From: Ostreococcus lucimarinus
Taxonomy: Eukaryota
Strand: one strand, 5' to 3'
NCBI GenBank assembly: GCA_000092065.1
Contig: CP000586.1
DNA: 64,000 nt
The position numbers were made by a program, and so were the translations under genes. Under the pieces are notes generated by a model. It was not told the origin of the DNA. It did no database searches and was given only the letters and a program-made list of their open reading frames with translations. Positions 8,834-18,979 of this stretch are shown piece by piece. Each line of letters begins with the position of its first letter. The first letter of the stretch is position 1.

Positions 8834-11545
8834 CTAGCGCCTTCCTCGTCCTCTTCCACGCCCTCCGCCGCCGCTGCGTCCTCCGCTACGTCCTCCGCTA
8901 CGTCCTCCTCCGCGACCACCGCCGCGTCCTCCTCCGCGACCTCCGCCGCGTCCTCCTCCGCGTCCGCCACCGCGATCACCACCGCCGCGACCGGCGCCGC
9001 CGCGACCGCCTTTCTTTTTAGTTTCTTTCCGTTCTTTTCTGATTTGTTCCGCAGATTTGAGTTCGTTGTACGCGGGCGCCGCGGCGTCGACGCCAAAGAC
9101 GCTCTTCGATTCCTTTGCCTCGGATCCCTTCGTGTGCCAACCCTTCTTGAAGCGCGTAGAATCCACAAAAGAGCGCTTGTTCACCGTCGCTTCGTCTTCC
9201 ATTGAACCAGTCGCGGTTATGGATTTGTGTGTCCGCGCTGCCCACTTCTTGTACGTCGCGCCAGCTTCCGCCGCGTTGACGCGCTGTCCGGCTTCGTTTT
9301 TCAGACGCTTTCCGCCGCGCTTGAGATCGATTTCGTCTCTGTTGATGTGGATGTAACGCTTCTTTCGGGCGTCCCAGTGGAAAAGCTTCTTTTGACGAGA
9401 TATTCCCTCGCCGTCTTCTTCGACTAAATCTAGTGTGGCGTCGTTCAGCGCGCCTTCTAAGCCTCGATCGCCGCCTTCGCGCGTAGTGAGCCCAAGTTCG
9501 GTGTGATTTACGGCGCGCGGCGCAGAGTCCAGGAAAAACTCTTGGTCGCGGAATTTCCCGGTGTTGAAAGCATCGTCACCTGCTGTGGCGAGGGTCTCGT
9601 AATCCGCGCCGCCATCATCGTCGGATTCCTCTTGCGCGTCTACGTCAAGAATGGGATCATCTTCCCCTAGCGGGCGCAACGCGCGAGCCGAACCATCCTT
9701 GCCTTCGCGTTTCGCGCGAATAAACTTTTCATCCTTCAAGCGCTTCTGACGCATCGCGCTGCTCGTCTCGGTGATTTTGATCGTTGATGTCTTCGACGCG
9801 CTCGCGACTTCGGCTTCAAGAACAGTGGCTTGAGGGCGATATGCTTTTATGCTCGCCGTGATTTCGGCGAGCTTTTGCGTGTGCTCGTCTACGCCACCGC
9901 TTGCGCACAACAGTGGATGCGGTCCCGCAAGCACGAGAGGCTGCGCGCGACTCATCGATTCGCTTGATGCAGTCCCACGCGTCTTTTGGTACAGTCTATA
10001 AGCGTTATTCGCCGTGCGTTCCAAACCTTCAAATTCATCCTTCGCCTTCATCACCTCCCGCAGGCGATCGGTGAGCATGTCAAGCGCGCCGATGGGGCAG
10101 GTACCTATTATTGACGTAGCAGATTCTTCCGCTTTGCGCGCGATTTCAAGCGCCTCCTCAGTCGAACTCGGCGGTGCTTTCGACGCAGCCGCTATTTTGC
10201 GACCGAGAAACAAGTGCAAGTCAACTAAAAAACCGAGCTCTTCCTTGACGAGGAAGCTGTGCGCGTTACCGGTTCGACCGGCGCGCGCGACGCGACCAAC
10301 TCTGTGGACGAATAACTTGCCCTTTGCGGGGAAGTCGTAATTAATGACGTTGTCGAGCAAAGGAATGTCTATACCGCGCGCAGCGACGTCAGTGACCACG
10401 AGAACATCAGCCTTCTTCGCGCGAAACCTGCCCAGCGCCATTTTACGCGCCATCATGTCCATCGACCCATAAATGCTCGAAACTTTAACGCCTTCGAATT
10501 CGAGTACGTTCTGCAACCACTCAACGTGGTGTCTTGTCGACGCAAAAACCACAGTCTGTTGCCGTTTCGGGATGACTTCGCGAAGCATGTACAACAAAGC
10601 AGCGACCTTTTCGTCGCTTCGCATCAACACAAAGGACATGCGCAAATCAGATGAAATTTTCATCTCAGCGTCGAGGCGCACGACTTCGGGCTCGCGCAGT
10701 CCCACGCGCACAAACTCTGCTAACGCGCTCGGTAGCGTCGCCGAGAACAAAAGTGTCTGCCTGACATCCGCCACAGAGTTCATGATTTGTTTCAACTGGT
10801 CTGCGAAACCCATCTCTAAAAGTCGGTCTGCTTCATCGAGGACGACGTGACACACCGTTCGAAGAGTGAACGCCTTAACTTCATCGATATGATGCAACAG
10901 ACGACCGGGCGTTGCGACGATGACATCTGGGTTGTTGCTCAAATCTGCGAATTGGGCCTCCATGGAATCTCCCCCGACGAGCGCCGCGACGCGCAAATCC
11001 GTAAACTTGGCCAACTCTTTCGCAAACTTGAACGTCTGCAACGCCAGCTCGCGCGTGGGTGCCAATATCACGCACCGCGCGCCAGCTTTCAAGCTATGCG
11101 TCCTGAGTTTACTCAACACTGGTATCAAAAACGCCGCCGTTTTCCCGCTCCCCGTGCGCGCCATGGCGACGACGTCCCGTCCCTCCAACGCCGGCGGTAT
11201 TGCCTTTCGCTGAATCGGCGTCGGCACGCGATAACCCTTGCGCTTGACGGCTCGAAACACATCTGGTAGTATGTCCATCGATTCAAATCCCCCGGAAGAC
11301 TTCTTCTTCTTCGCCTCAGCGGCTTTCCGACGTCCCGTCAGCGCCTCCACGCGCTCGAATCCAAAGTCCACGTGCCCATCCGCGGCGATGCCCTCCTCCG
11401 CCTTCGCGTCCGCGTCCGACGCGCCACGCGGTGCCTTGGCTTTCGGTTTCTTGCCCTTGCTCGTCGTCTCGGCGCCTCGCGCGTCGTCGCGCGGCGGTTT
11501 TGAACGCGCCGGCGGCGCGCCGGTGGCGGCTGCGCGCGCGCCCAT
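8834..11545 (-). CDS. DDX54: DEAD-box ATP-dependent RNA helicase, DDX54/Dbp10-like, with a C-terminal RGG box
   Basis: Has the Q-motif and motifs I-VI (GGFESM, TPIQRKAIP, ARTGSGKTAAF, DEAD, SAT, HRVGRVARAG), a Dbp10-type C-terminal region, and (GGRGG)n at the C-terminus. The start is an ATG. Confidence 0.85.
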   Translation of the reverse strand: MGARAAATGAPPARSKPPRDDARGAETTSKGKKPKAKAPRGASDADAKAEEGIAADGHVDFGFERVEALTGRRKAAEAKKKKSSGGFESMDILPDVFRAVKRKGYRVPTPIQRKAIPPALEGRDVVAMARTGSGKTAAFLIPVLSKLRTHSLKAGARCVILAPTRELALQTFKFAKELAKFTDLRVAALVGGDSMEAQFADLSNNPDVIVATPGRLLHHIDEVKAFTLRTVCHVVLDEADRLLEMGFADQLKQIMNSVADVRQTLLFSATLPSALAEFVRVGLREPEVVRLDAEMKISSDLRMSFVLMRSDEKVAALLYMLREVIPKRQQTVVFASTRHHVEWLQNVLEFEGVKVSSIYGSMDMMARKMALGRFRAKKADVLVVTDVAARGIDIPLLDNVINYDFPAKGKLFVHRVGRVARAGRTGNAHSFLVKEELGFLVDLHLFLGRKIAAASKAPPSSTEEALEIARKAEESATSIIGTCPIGALDMLTDRLREVMKAKDEFEGLERTANNAYRLYQKTRGTASSESMSRAQPLVLAGPHPLLCASGGVDEHTQKLAEITASIKAYRPQATVLEAEVASASKTSTIKITETSSAMRQKRLKDEKFIRAKREGKDGSARALRPLGEDDPILDVDAQEESDDDGGADYETLATAGDDAFNTGKFRDQEFFLDSAPRAVNHTELGLTTREGGDRGLEGALNDATLDLVEEDGEGISRQKKLFHWDARKKRYIHINRDEIDLKRGGKRLKNEAGQRVNAAEAGATYKKWAARTHKSITATGSMEDEATVNKRSFVDSTRFKKGWHTKGSEAKESKSVFGVDAAAPAYNELKSAEQIRKERKETKKKGGRGGAGRGGGDRGGGRGGGRGGGRGGGRGGGRGGGRSGGRSGGRSGGGGRGRGRGRR

Positions 11546-11837
11546 CGCGCGCGAACGCCGCGCCGTGAGCGACGACGAGCGCGATTGCGCGTCTGCGCGC
11601 CCTAAAACGCGCGCGGGCTCGCGCGAGAAGGACGCGCGACGGCGCGGTCGCGGACGAGCGAGGTTGGTTGTGGCGCGAGAACTAACGCGAGGTTGGTTGC
11701 CGAGTTTCGCGACGGCGAACGCGAGCGGTGACGGCGCGTTTCTTTGAATTGACGCTCACTCACAACGACTACTAAGATAAAATATGCGGTGTCGGCGCGA
11801 CTAGTACACGAAATCAATCATCTACGATTCTCGGCGC

Positions 11838-12716
11838 TCACTTTGCGGCGTCGGCCTTTCCCGAATCCTTCGGTTTTTCGTTCTCCTTGTCCGTATCCTT
11901 CTCCGCGTCACTCGCTCCCGGGGCATCCAGGGCGCGCTCGCGTTCCTTGTTCGTCGCCTTGTTGTTGATCAAGTCGTGCAGAGCGATGACTGAACGAATC
12001 AACGAGCTGAGGTACACGACGAGCATGGCGTCGTTCGTGGAGACGTTGAATCCCTTGACGTAATCCTCCAAGTTCAGGTTCGGCAACAGGTTAAACGCGT
12101 CTTGCAGATGACCCATGATCTCGTGATTCATCGGCAACGAGCCGTCGACAACCTTATCCATGTAACTCTTGATTTCTTCTAATCGCGCCTTCAAACCGCG
12201 CAAAGACTGCACTTTTTCGCTCACCTTGGTGCTCAGCGTCGACACCGTGTTATCCTTCACATCGCGCAGCAAGTGCTCGACCCCGATCTCTTCCGCCTCG
12301 AACGCCTCAATCGAGTTCGGCACGTGCACGAACGTCTTCTGTTGCTTTTCCGTTCCATCCTCCTTGACTTCGATTTGCGCCGCGAACGCGCTCGTCGGAA
12401 TGTTCGCGTTCTCCGCCCGCACGTCCACGATCACGAGCACCGGCTCGGGCGTGTACGCGTAAAACAACTCGTGTATGTCGATATCACTCTCCCGCAGTTT
12501 CGGTCCGGTGCTGTACCACCCCACAATCTTCTCCTTCGCGCTAATCTTCTTCGACATTCGATACATGTTTTCCAAGTAACTGTGATCGAGAAACCAAATC
12601 CCGTTATCCCCGTCGTCCTCCTCGAACGGCACCGCGAACGAGCTCGTGACGTCCAACCGTCCCTTGCGCTGTTCCCCGAGCAGCACGCCGACGACGCGCT
12701 TGTTCTCCTCGTCGCC
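11838..12716 (-). CDS. RPN8: 26S proteasome regulatory subunit RPN8 (PSMD7), exon 2
   Basis: Has the MPN domain ([51 protein letters not shown]). The frame extends upstream of the track ORF to ...[11 protein letters not shown] immediately after a CAG acceptor. Confidence 0.85.
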   Translation of the reverse strand, partial: GDEENKRVVGVLLGEQRKGRLDVTSSFAVPFEEDDGDNGIWFLDHSYLENMYRMSKKISAKEKIVGWYSTGPKLRESDIDIHELFYAYTPEPVLVIVDVRAENANIPTSAFAAQIEVKEDGTEKQQKTFVHVPNSIEAFEAEEIGVEHLLRDVKDNTVSTLSTKVSEKVQSLRGLKARLEEIKSYMDKVVDGSLPMNHEIMGHLQDAFNLLPNLNLEDYVKGFNVSTNDAMLVVYLSSLIRSVIALHDLINNKATNKERERALDAPGASDAEKDTDKENEKPKDSGKADAAK

Positions 12717-12841
12717 CTGCGCGTCGAACCGTCGGAGTCAGTCAAAACTCGCGCGAAGGAAGCGATCCGCGATCGCGCGCGTCTCGCGCGTCCCGCGTCG
12801 TCCCGCGTCGTCCCGCGTCGCGCGCGCGCGATCCCGCGTCC

Positions 12842-12876
<35 letters not shown>

Positions 12877-12897
12877 GCGTCGTCGTCGTCGTCGCAC
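12717..12897 (-). other. RPN8: Spliceosomal intron (181 bp) of RPN8
   Basis: Donor GTGCGACGACG, (GAC)n-rich interior, GACTGAC about 17 nt upstream of a CGCAG| acceptor. Frame continuity was checked against both ORF-track frames. Confidence 0.7.
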
Positions 12898-13029
12898 CTC
12901 GTCGCATCGTCGAAAGTGATCGACGACGCTGAGCAGCACGAGCGGGTGCACGACGACCTCGCTCGCGCTCGCGGGCGCCGCCCGCGGCGCGACGGCGGTC
13001 GCGCCGTCGCTCGGCGCCGGCGTCGACAT
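12898..13029 (-). CDS. RPN8: RPN8 exon 1 (MSTPAPSD...EVVVHPLVLLSVVDHFRRCDE)
   Basis: Encodes the conserved RPN8 N-terminal motif VVVHPLVLLSVVDHF. It ends at a GAG|GTGCGA donor, and joining it to exon 2 restores the MPN N-terminus in phase 0. The start could instead be the upstream in-frame Met at 13107. Confidence 0.7.
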
Positions 13030-13234
13030 CGGCGTCGTCGAGTCGCGCCCGCGCGCGCGACGCGCGGCGACGCGCCGACGACCGCGGCGGTCGATCGACA
13101 AACGCATACATACATGCAGGTTTTAGACACTAAAACATGTATATTCGATCGTACTTAATGCGGTCGAAACGCCATCGACGGCGCACCGCCGCGCGCGCGC
13201 CGCCGCACTTCGCGCCGCGCGTCGCGCGCGCGCC

Positions 13235-16200
13235 ATGGGCGTCCCGAGCTTCTACCGCTGGATCGCGCAGAAGTACCCGAAGATCGTCGCCGACGTCGTC
13301 GAGGACGAGCCCGTCGACGCGCTCGGACGCCGGGTGGAGCTGAACAGCGCCGAGGCGAACCCGAACGGCATCGAGTTCGACAACCTGTACCTGGACATGA
13401 ATGGCATCATACACCCGTGCTTTCACCCGGAGGACCGACCGGCGCCGACGACGGAGGAGGAGGTGTTTGAGTGCATATTCGATTACATCGATCGGTTGTT
13501 CTTGATGATACGACCGAGGAAGGTGCTGTACATGGCGATCGACGGGGTGGCGCCGCGAGCGAAGATGAATCAACAGCGAAGTCGACGGTTTCGAAGCGCG
13601 CAGGAGGCGAGAGAGAAAGCGGAGGAGGAAGAAAAGTTGAGGGAGAAGTTGATCAGGGAGGGGGTGAAGGTGCAGCCGAAACAAGAGTCGGGGGTGTTTG
13701 ATTCGAACGTAATCACGCCGGGGACGCCGTTCATGGGACGGCTGAGCGAGGCGTTAAAGTACTACGTGCACGATAAGTTGAACAACGATCCGGGATGGCG
13801 GGGAATTGAGGTTATCTTTAGCGATGCGAGCGTACCGGGGGAGGGAGAGCACAAGGCGATGCACTACATACGGCAACAAAGGGGGCTGCCGGGGGCGAAT
13901 CCGAACACGCGGCACGTCGTCTACGGTTTGGACGCGGATTTGATCATGTTGGCGCTCGCGACGCACGAGCCCCACTTTTGGATCTTGCGCGAGATTGTGT
14001 TTCAGAAGAAGGATAACGAGGCGCCGCAGACGCTGGGGCTCGGGACGGAGGAGACGAAGAAAAAGGTGGCCATCGCGCGTAAGCCGTACCAGTTGCTCAG
14101 CGTGAGCGTCTTGCGCGAATACTTGGCGTTGGACATGCGCCCTGTCGCACCGACGCCGTTCAAGCTCGACCCAGAGCGGATGTTTGACGACTTTATCTTC
14201 ATGTGTTTCTTCGTCGGAAACGATTTCTTACCGCATTCGCCGACGTTGGAAATCCGTGAGGGCGCCATCGACTTGTTGATGACGCTCTACCGAAACTGTC
14301 TTCCGACGCTCGGTGGATACCTGTGCGCGGACGGCCGTCCCAATCTCTCCATCGTCGAAAAGTTTGTGCGGCTCGTGAGTGAGCACGAGGACGCCATCTT
14401 TCAGAAGCGTGCCAAGAAGGAGGCGCGAATGCGGAGTTCAAGACAACGCGATAAACAAAAGGCGAAGGATTACTACGAGCGCCAGCGCAAAGGGAGCGGT
14501 ACCAACGTGCCGCAACACCGCGTGCTCGGTGGATCGAGAAACGCGAGTGATCGCGCGCCCGCAGCGCCGACAGAACAGCTCGTCGCGCTCGGTCGCGGAA
14601 AACCGACGCCACCTCCGAGCGCGCCGAAGACGGCGGCGGAGAACAAGAGCGCCGCGGATGCGCTGCGCGAACGATTAAAGACGCGAGGTAAGCGCGCCGC
14701 CGAAGCGACGGCTGACGTCGCGCCGGAAGCCGATACCGACGCCAAGAAGGCTAAAGTATCGGACGCGGATAAGGCTGAAAAGGACGAAAAAGCAAAGGAG
14801 TTTTGGAATCAGCTCGCGGAGAAGGCTGAATCTGAATCAGCCACGACGGTTGAAACCATCGACACCGTCGAAAGCGATGAAGTGCCGTCGCACCCTTTTG
14901 TACAATCGACGGCACCCGACGCGCAGCCCGGCGATTGGATGTGTCCCACAGGGTGCGGAAGCATGTACGCATCTAAAGGTTCGTGCTTCAGGTGCGGATG
15001 CCCACGTCCGAGCGAGGTGCGAGAGTTCAAAGCGGGCGAGGTGATGGACAGTAAATCCTTCTTGAAGCAACTTGAAGGCATCGTCAAGGCCATGGGTGAG
15101 CGCGAGGAAGAAACGGACAACATTCGGCTCGGAGAAAGTGGCTGGAAAGATCGCTATTACGAAGCAAAGATGCAGGCAACGCCACAAACGCGAGATGAGA
15201 TCATTCGGGGCATGGTCATTGAGTACGTGCGCGGCTTAATTTGGGTGTGTCGATATTACTTCGAAGGGTGTTGCTCTTGGAGTTGGTTCTACCCATACCA
15301 TTACGCCCCGTTCGCGAGTGATTTATATGACTTGAGTACGATCTCTACCGATTTTGATCTCGGCAAACCGTTCAAGCCGTTTTCGCAGCTCATGGGCGTG
15401 TTGCCGGCGGCGTCTTCGCACGCGTTGCCCGCAGCGTTCGCGCCGTTGATGTCGGACAAAGACTCTCCTATCATCGACTTTTATCCCGAAGACTTCGCGC
15501 TCGATATGAACGGGAAGCGTTTTACGTGGCAGGCCGTGGCACTGCTCCCTTGGATCGACGCCAACCGTCTGCTAGAACAAACGGAGATGCTCGAATACAC
15601 GCTCACCGCCGAGGAAAAGCGCCGAAACTCCATCAACGAGGAGGAAATATACGTCAATGCCGCGCATCCGCTCGCAAAACAGTTTCTCGAGCTCGAAGAG
15701 CGGGAAGACGAAGACGTGGAAAAAACGCTCAAGATGGATCCGAAGCTTAGTAAAGGCATGAACGCCACGCTCGTGTCGGTGAAACGCGACGCGCAGCCCA
15801 CGATGATACCGTCGCCGATGTCGAGTCGCCAAGACATCTCGAACAACAAAGTAGTCGTGGCGTCGATGCGTTTGCCGACCGATAGATTTGTGCCGCCGGT
15901 GCTGATGCCCGGTGCGGTGTTACCGACGCCTATGGTGACGGAGGCTGACTTGCCGCCGCCGCCGCAGTTGTTTCATCAGACGGACAACTACGGGCGCAAC
16001 AACAACAACAACGCGCCTCGAATCGATTACGGACGCGGGATGGCGGGCCATCCCTTGGCCGGCGGCCGAGGTGGTTTTCAAGGATCAAATCAAGACGCAC
16101 ACGCGTTGATGCACCAAAGTCTCGGTCGAGGCGTGCCGCTCGGGATGAATTATCAGCAGAGACTCCCGACTCGTACGCCGCCGCCGCCGCCGCCGGGGGG

Positions 16201-16414
16201 TCCTGCGCTACCGCAAGGGTATCCGCAAGCGTACGGCGCCGGTCGAGGCGTACCACTCGGTGGGTTTCAGCCCGGCGCGCCGCATCCCGGACCTCCCGGA
16301 CGCGGTCCGCCCGCCTCGTACGCCCCCGGCGGAAACCGCTTCGCCCCCTTCAATAACTTACCGCCGCGTTCGCGCGACCCGGCGCCGCCGCGACCGCAAA
16401 CCAAAAAACGCTAG
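13235..16414 (+). CDS. XRN2: 5'-3' exoribonuclease, XRN2/Rat1-type, with an inserted RanBP2-like zinc finger and a Gly/Pro/Arg-rich tail
   Basis: Has the XRN N-terminal catalytic motifs (MGVPSFYRWI, LYLDMNGIIHPC, GEGEHKAMHYIR, YGLDADLIML), the central conserved region (WKDRYYEAKM, CRYYFEGCCSWSWFYPYHYAPFASD), and W-x-C-x3-C-x9-C-x2-C...PRP between them. The start is an ATG. Confidence 0.9.
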   Translation: MGVPSFYRWIAQKYPKIVADVVEDEPVDALGRRVELNSAEANPNGIEFDNLYLDMNGIIHPCFHPEDRPAPTTEEEVFECIFDYIDRLFLMIRPRKVLYMAIDGVAPRAKMNQQRSRRFRSAQEAREKAEEEEKLREKLIREGVKVQPKQESGVFDSNVITPGTPFMGRLSEALKYYVHDKLNNDPGWRGIEVIFSDASVPGEGEHKAMHYIRQQRGLPGANPNTRHVVYGLDADLIMLALATHEPHFWILREIVFQKKDNEAPQTLGLGTEETKKKVAIARKPYQLLSVSVLREYLALDMRPVAPTPFKLDPERMFDDFIFMCFFVGNDFLPHSPTLEIREGAIDLLMTLYRNCLPTLGGYLCADGRPNLSIVEKFVRLVSEHEDAIFQKRAKKEARMRSSRQRDKQKAKDYYERQRKGSGTNVPQHRVLGGSRNASDRAPAAPTEQLVALGRGKPTPPPSAPKTAAENKSAADALRERLKTRGKRAAEATADVAPEADTDAKKAKVSDADKAEKDEKAKEFWNQLAEKAESESATTVETIDTVESDEVPSHPFVQSTAPDAQPGDWMCPTGCGSMYASKGSCFRCGCPRPSEVREFKAGEVMDSKSFLKQLEGIVKAMGEREEETDNIRLGESGWKDRYYEAKMQATPQTRDEIIRGMVIEYVRGLIWVCRYYFEGCCSWSWFYPYHYAPFASDLYDLSTISTDFDLGKPFKPFSQLMGVLPAASSHALPAAFAPLMSDKDSPIIDFYPEDFALDMNGKRFTWQAVALLPWIDANRLLEQTEMLEYTLTAEEKRRNSINEEEIYVNAAHPLAKQFLELEEREDEDVEKTLKMDPKLSKGMNATLVSVKRDAQPTMIPSPMSSRQDISNNKVVVASMRLPTDRFVPPVLMPGAVLPTPMVTEADLPPPPQLFHQTDNYGRNNNNNAPRIDYGRGMAGHPLAGGRGGFQGSNQDAHALMHQSLGRGVPLGMNYQQRLPTRTPPPPPPGGPALPQGYPQAYGAGRGVPLGGFQPGAPHPGPPGRGPPASYAPGGNRFAPFNNLPPRSRDPAPPRPQTKKR

Positions 16415-16482
16415 CGCATTAGTCATTCTGTACACCTAATTAGTAGTTTTGTTGTTACACGAGCTAGACGCTATAGATCAAA

Positions 16483-17073
16483 TCACTCGCGATTCGGCAG
16501 CGACGACTGATTTTGCCACGACTCCATCCGACTCGCCGTGACGAGATTCGTCAACAATTTTATCCTATCCGCCCTATTCGCCGCGTGCGCCTCCGTCAGC
16601 GCCGCCACTCTCGCCGCCATCTTCCCTCTCGCTCGTTCATACGCCCTCCTCAGATCGTCGTCGCCGTCCTCTCCCTCTCCCTCGCCTTCCTCGTTCGCGT
16701 CGCCGTCGCTCACCAGCGCGCGCGCCAACGCCTCCACCGCCGCGCTCGTCTCGTCCGTCGCCAGCGACTCCAACAGATCCCTGTCGCACGTCATCGCCAC
16801 CGGCGTCGCCAGCGCGTCGATCAGGCGAAAGTCTTCCTCGCACTGCGCCTCGCTCGTCGCCAGCGCGTCCTCGAGCGCGCGCGCGCACGCCGCGAGCGTC
16901 GCGTCGTCCGGTCGGTCGAGCGGTCGAATCGTCGTCGCGCGCGGCGGCGACGACGCGCGCTCGCGCGGCGGCGACGCCGGCGCGTGCGCGCGACCGTCCA
17001 TCGCGCCGGCGCGTCGGCGCGCGCGTCGGTGCGGCGCGACGCGCGTCGTCCGTCGAATTCGGCAATTCGGCAT
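16483..17073 (-). CDS. Hypothetical acidic protein (uncertain; could be non-coding)
   Basis: 196-aa ORF with an ATG start, lying divergent to the threonine-synthase-like gene only 25 bp from its ATG. It overlaps the low-complexity, non-ATG upstream extension of that plus-strand ORF. I recognise no homolog. Confidence 0.25.
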   Translation of the reverse strand: MPNCRIRRTTRVAPHRRARRRAGAMDGRAHAPASPPRERASSPPRATTIRPLDRPDDATLAACARALEDALATSEAQCEEDFRLIDALATPVAMTCDRDLLESLATDETSAAVEALARALVSDGDANEEGEGEGEDGDDDLRRAYERARGKMAARVAALTEAHAANRADRIKLLTNLVTASRMESWQNQSSLPNRE

Positions 17074-17098
17074 TCGGCGCGCGCGTCACACGGCGGCG

Positions 17099-18979
17099 AT
17101 GAAGTACGTGAGCACGCGCGGCGGCGCGCCGCCGACGACGTTCGTCGACGCCCTGCTCACGGGCTCGCCGCTGGACGGCGGCGCGTACGTCCCGGAGCGC
17201 GTCCCGACGATCGATTTCAAAAAGATTTTAAATTCGAGCTACGAGACGCTGTGCGTGGAAATCCTGTCGGTGTTTTGCGCGAATGGCGAGGAGTTCACGA
17301 AGGAAACGCTGCGAGAGATCGCGCACGAGGCGTGTAAGACGTTCGCGGACGACGCGATCGCGCCGGTGAAGACGCTCGGGCGAAGAGGCGCGAGAGGATG
17401 GGTGCACGCGTGCGAATTGCATCGCGGACCGACGCTGAGCGCGGAGGACGCGAGCATGCAGATGGCGGTGCGGATGATGGATCGGGCGTTGAAACTACGT
17501 GGGAAGCGAGGAAATGTGATGTGCTCGACGACGGGGGAAGAGGGGGGGGCGTTCGCGCGCGTGGCGGCGGAGATGAAGAATATGGACGCGTGGATCGTGT
17601 ACCCGGGCGACGACGGCGACGTGACCGAGCCTCAGGAACGAGAGATGACGTGTCACGTGGAGGATCACGTGCATCCGGTTAAGGTGAGCGAATGCCCGGA
17701 TGGAATGAGCGATGTGGACGCGGTCGTGATCGATGTGCTGAACGATGAGGCGTTTCGGTTGGCGAACGGGATGGTGAGCGCGAATAGCGCCAACGTGGCG
17801 CGCGTGTTGTGCTTTGTGCCGTTATTTTTTCACGCCTACGGACAAGTGCGCGCGAAGCGCGAAGAGTGGGGGAGACCCGTGGTGTTCAGTATACCGAGCT
17901 CCACGTTCGCGCTGGAGTACGCCGGTCACCTGGCGCGTTTGATGGGGTTGCCGATCACCGTCGTCGCCGCGTGCAACGCCAACGGCGCGGCGCACCGCGC
18001 CATCTCGCTCGGTGAATTGTACAAGACTGATATGGTGCACACGTCGTCGAGCGCGTTGGATGTCGTCGTGGCTGAAAACATGTGGCGGTCGCTGTACTAC
18101 GCCACTGGATCAAATCCGCTGATTTTGAGCGAGCTGCAAGACGATTTCGACGAAGACGGCGAAGTTGAATTGCCACCGAAGATGACGAGTGAGTTAAACG
18201 CCGTGTTCAAGAGCGCGGTCGTGAGCGACGAACTCATGTATAGCACGATACAGCGCGAGGAGCGCATGGGGTACTTACCCTGTCCTCAAACTGCGATCGC
18301 GATCGCGGCGCTGGAGTTGGTCGAGGACATCGCCGAGGACGTTCCGTGTGTGGCGCTCGCGGTGTCGCATCCGAGCAAGTTTCCGACCGTTATCCGTCGC
18401 GCGGTGCCGCAACTGAGCAACGGAGCTTCACATCCTACTGTGGATGGTATGAAGGGCTTGTTCCACCGCCGTCGCACGTGCTCGCTCGAAGAGCTCGAAC
18501 GCTCGTTGCGCAGAGACATCTCAGCGGTGACTTCGCTGCGCTCGCCCGCTCCGGTTAAGATCGAGCGCGTCTTACTCGCGCGCGACGAGTACGAGAAGAT
18601 TTACATGACCACCGTGATCAAGCGCAAACGATGGCGAGGTTTCGACAGTCCACTGTTCACCATCGCCTGCGCCGTCGCGGTCGCCGCGTGGGCCGCCGTC
18701 ACCACGCCGGAGACGAACCGGCAAACCGGGTCCGCGCGCGCCGCCGCGCGCGCCGCCGCCAAAGCGCGACGCGCCGCCGCCAAAGCGAGCGGCGAAAAAG
18801 CGCGAGCATTAGCCAGGACTCAGCGCCAAGCCGCGCGCGACGCCGCCAAGCTCGCCAAAATCCAAGCCGAGTCGGCGCGCGAATCCGCGCGTCCTCGCGT
18901 CTACGCGCGCGACCGCCGCGCGGCGCGTCCACCCAACGAGCACTTCGCGCACCAACCCCATAGAAACATTTATGCTTAA
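17099..18979 (+). CDS. Threonine synthase family (THR4/THNSL-like) PLP enzyme with an unusual roughly 150-aa C-terminal extension
   Basis: The N-terminus MKYVSTRGGAPPTTFVDALLTGSPLDGGAYVP and internal blocks (LHRGPTLSAEDAS, TGEEGGAFARVA, FSIPSSTFALEYAGHLARLMGLPI) match the yeast Thr4 / THNSL layout. In-frame upstream sequence to 16538 has no ATG and is Ser/Pro low complexity. The C-terminal 150 aa contain a hydrophobic helix and an Ala/Arg/Lys-rich tail. Confidence 0.75.
   Translation: MKYVSTRGGAPPTTFVDALLTGSPLDGGAYVPERVPTIDFKKILNSSYETLCVEILSVFCANGEEFTKETLREIAHEACKTFADDAIAPVKTLGRRGARGWVHACELHRGPTLSAEDASMQMAVRMMDRALKLRGKRGNVMCSTTGEEGGAFARVAAEMKNMDAWIVYPGDDGDVTEPQEREMTCHVEDHVHPVKVSECPDGMSDVDAVVIDVLNDEAFRLANGMVSANSANVARVLCFVPLFFHAYGQVRAKREEWGRPVVFSIPSSTFALEYAGHLARLMGLPITVVAACNANGAAHRAISLGELYKTDMVHTSSSALDVVVAENMWRSLYYATGSNPLILSELQDDFDEDGEVELPPKMTSELNAVFKSAVVSDELMYSTIQREERMGYLPCPQTAIAIAALELVEDIAEDVPCVALAVSHPSKFPTVIRRAVPQLSNGASHPTVDGMKGLFHRRRTCSLEELERSLRRDISAVTSLRSPAPVKIERVLLARDEYEKIYMTTVIKRKRWRGFDSPLFTIACAVAVAAWAAVTTPETNRQTGSARAAARAAAKARRAAAKASGEKARALARTQRQAARDAAKLAKIQAESARESARPRVYARDRRAARPPNEHFAHQPHRNIYA

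Noticed and set aside
16483-17073. Minus-strand 196-aa ORF treated as a possible real gene
   Set aside because: I kept it only as a low-confidence feature. Its ATG is 25 bp from the threonine-synthase-like ATG, it has no homology I recognise, and the region is equally open in the opposite frame. It needs transcript evidence.
16538-17098. Upstream in-frame 187-codon extension of the threonine-synthase-like ORF ([12 protein letters not shown]...), and similar non-ATG upstream extensions on the eIF2-gamma, TatD, WW/GYF, PAP, PIF1, CaS, CDPK, PMS1 and MnmE ORFs
   Set aside because: The ORF track evidently allows GTG/TTG/CTG initiation, and checked first codons were GTG or TTG. The extensions are low complexity, lack ATG, and often overlap the neighbouring gene. 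Conserved proteins begin at the first internal ATG.
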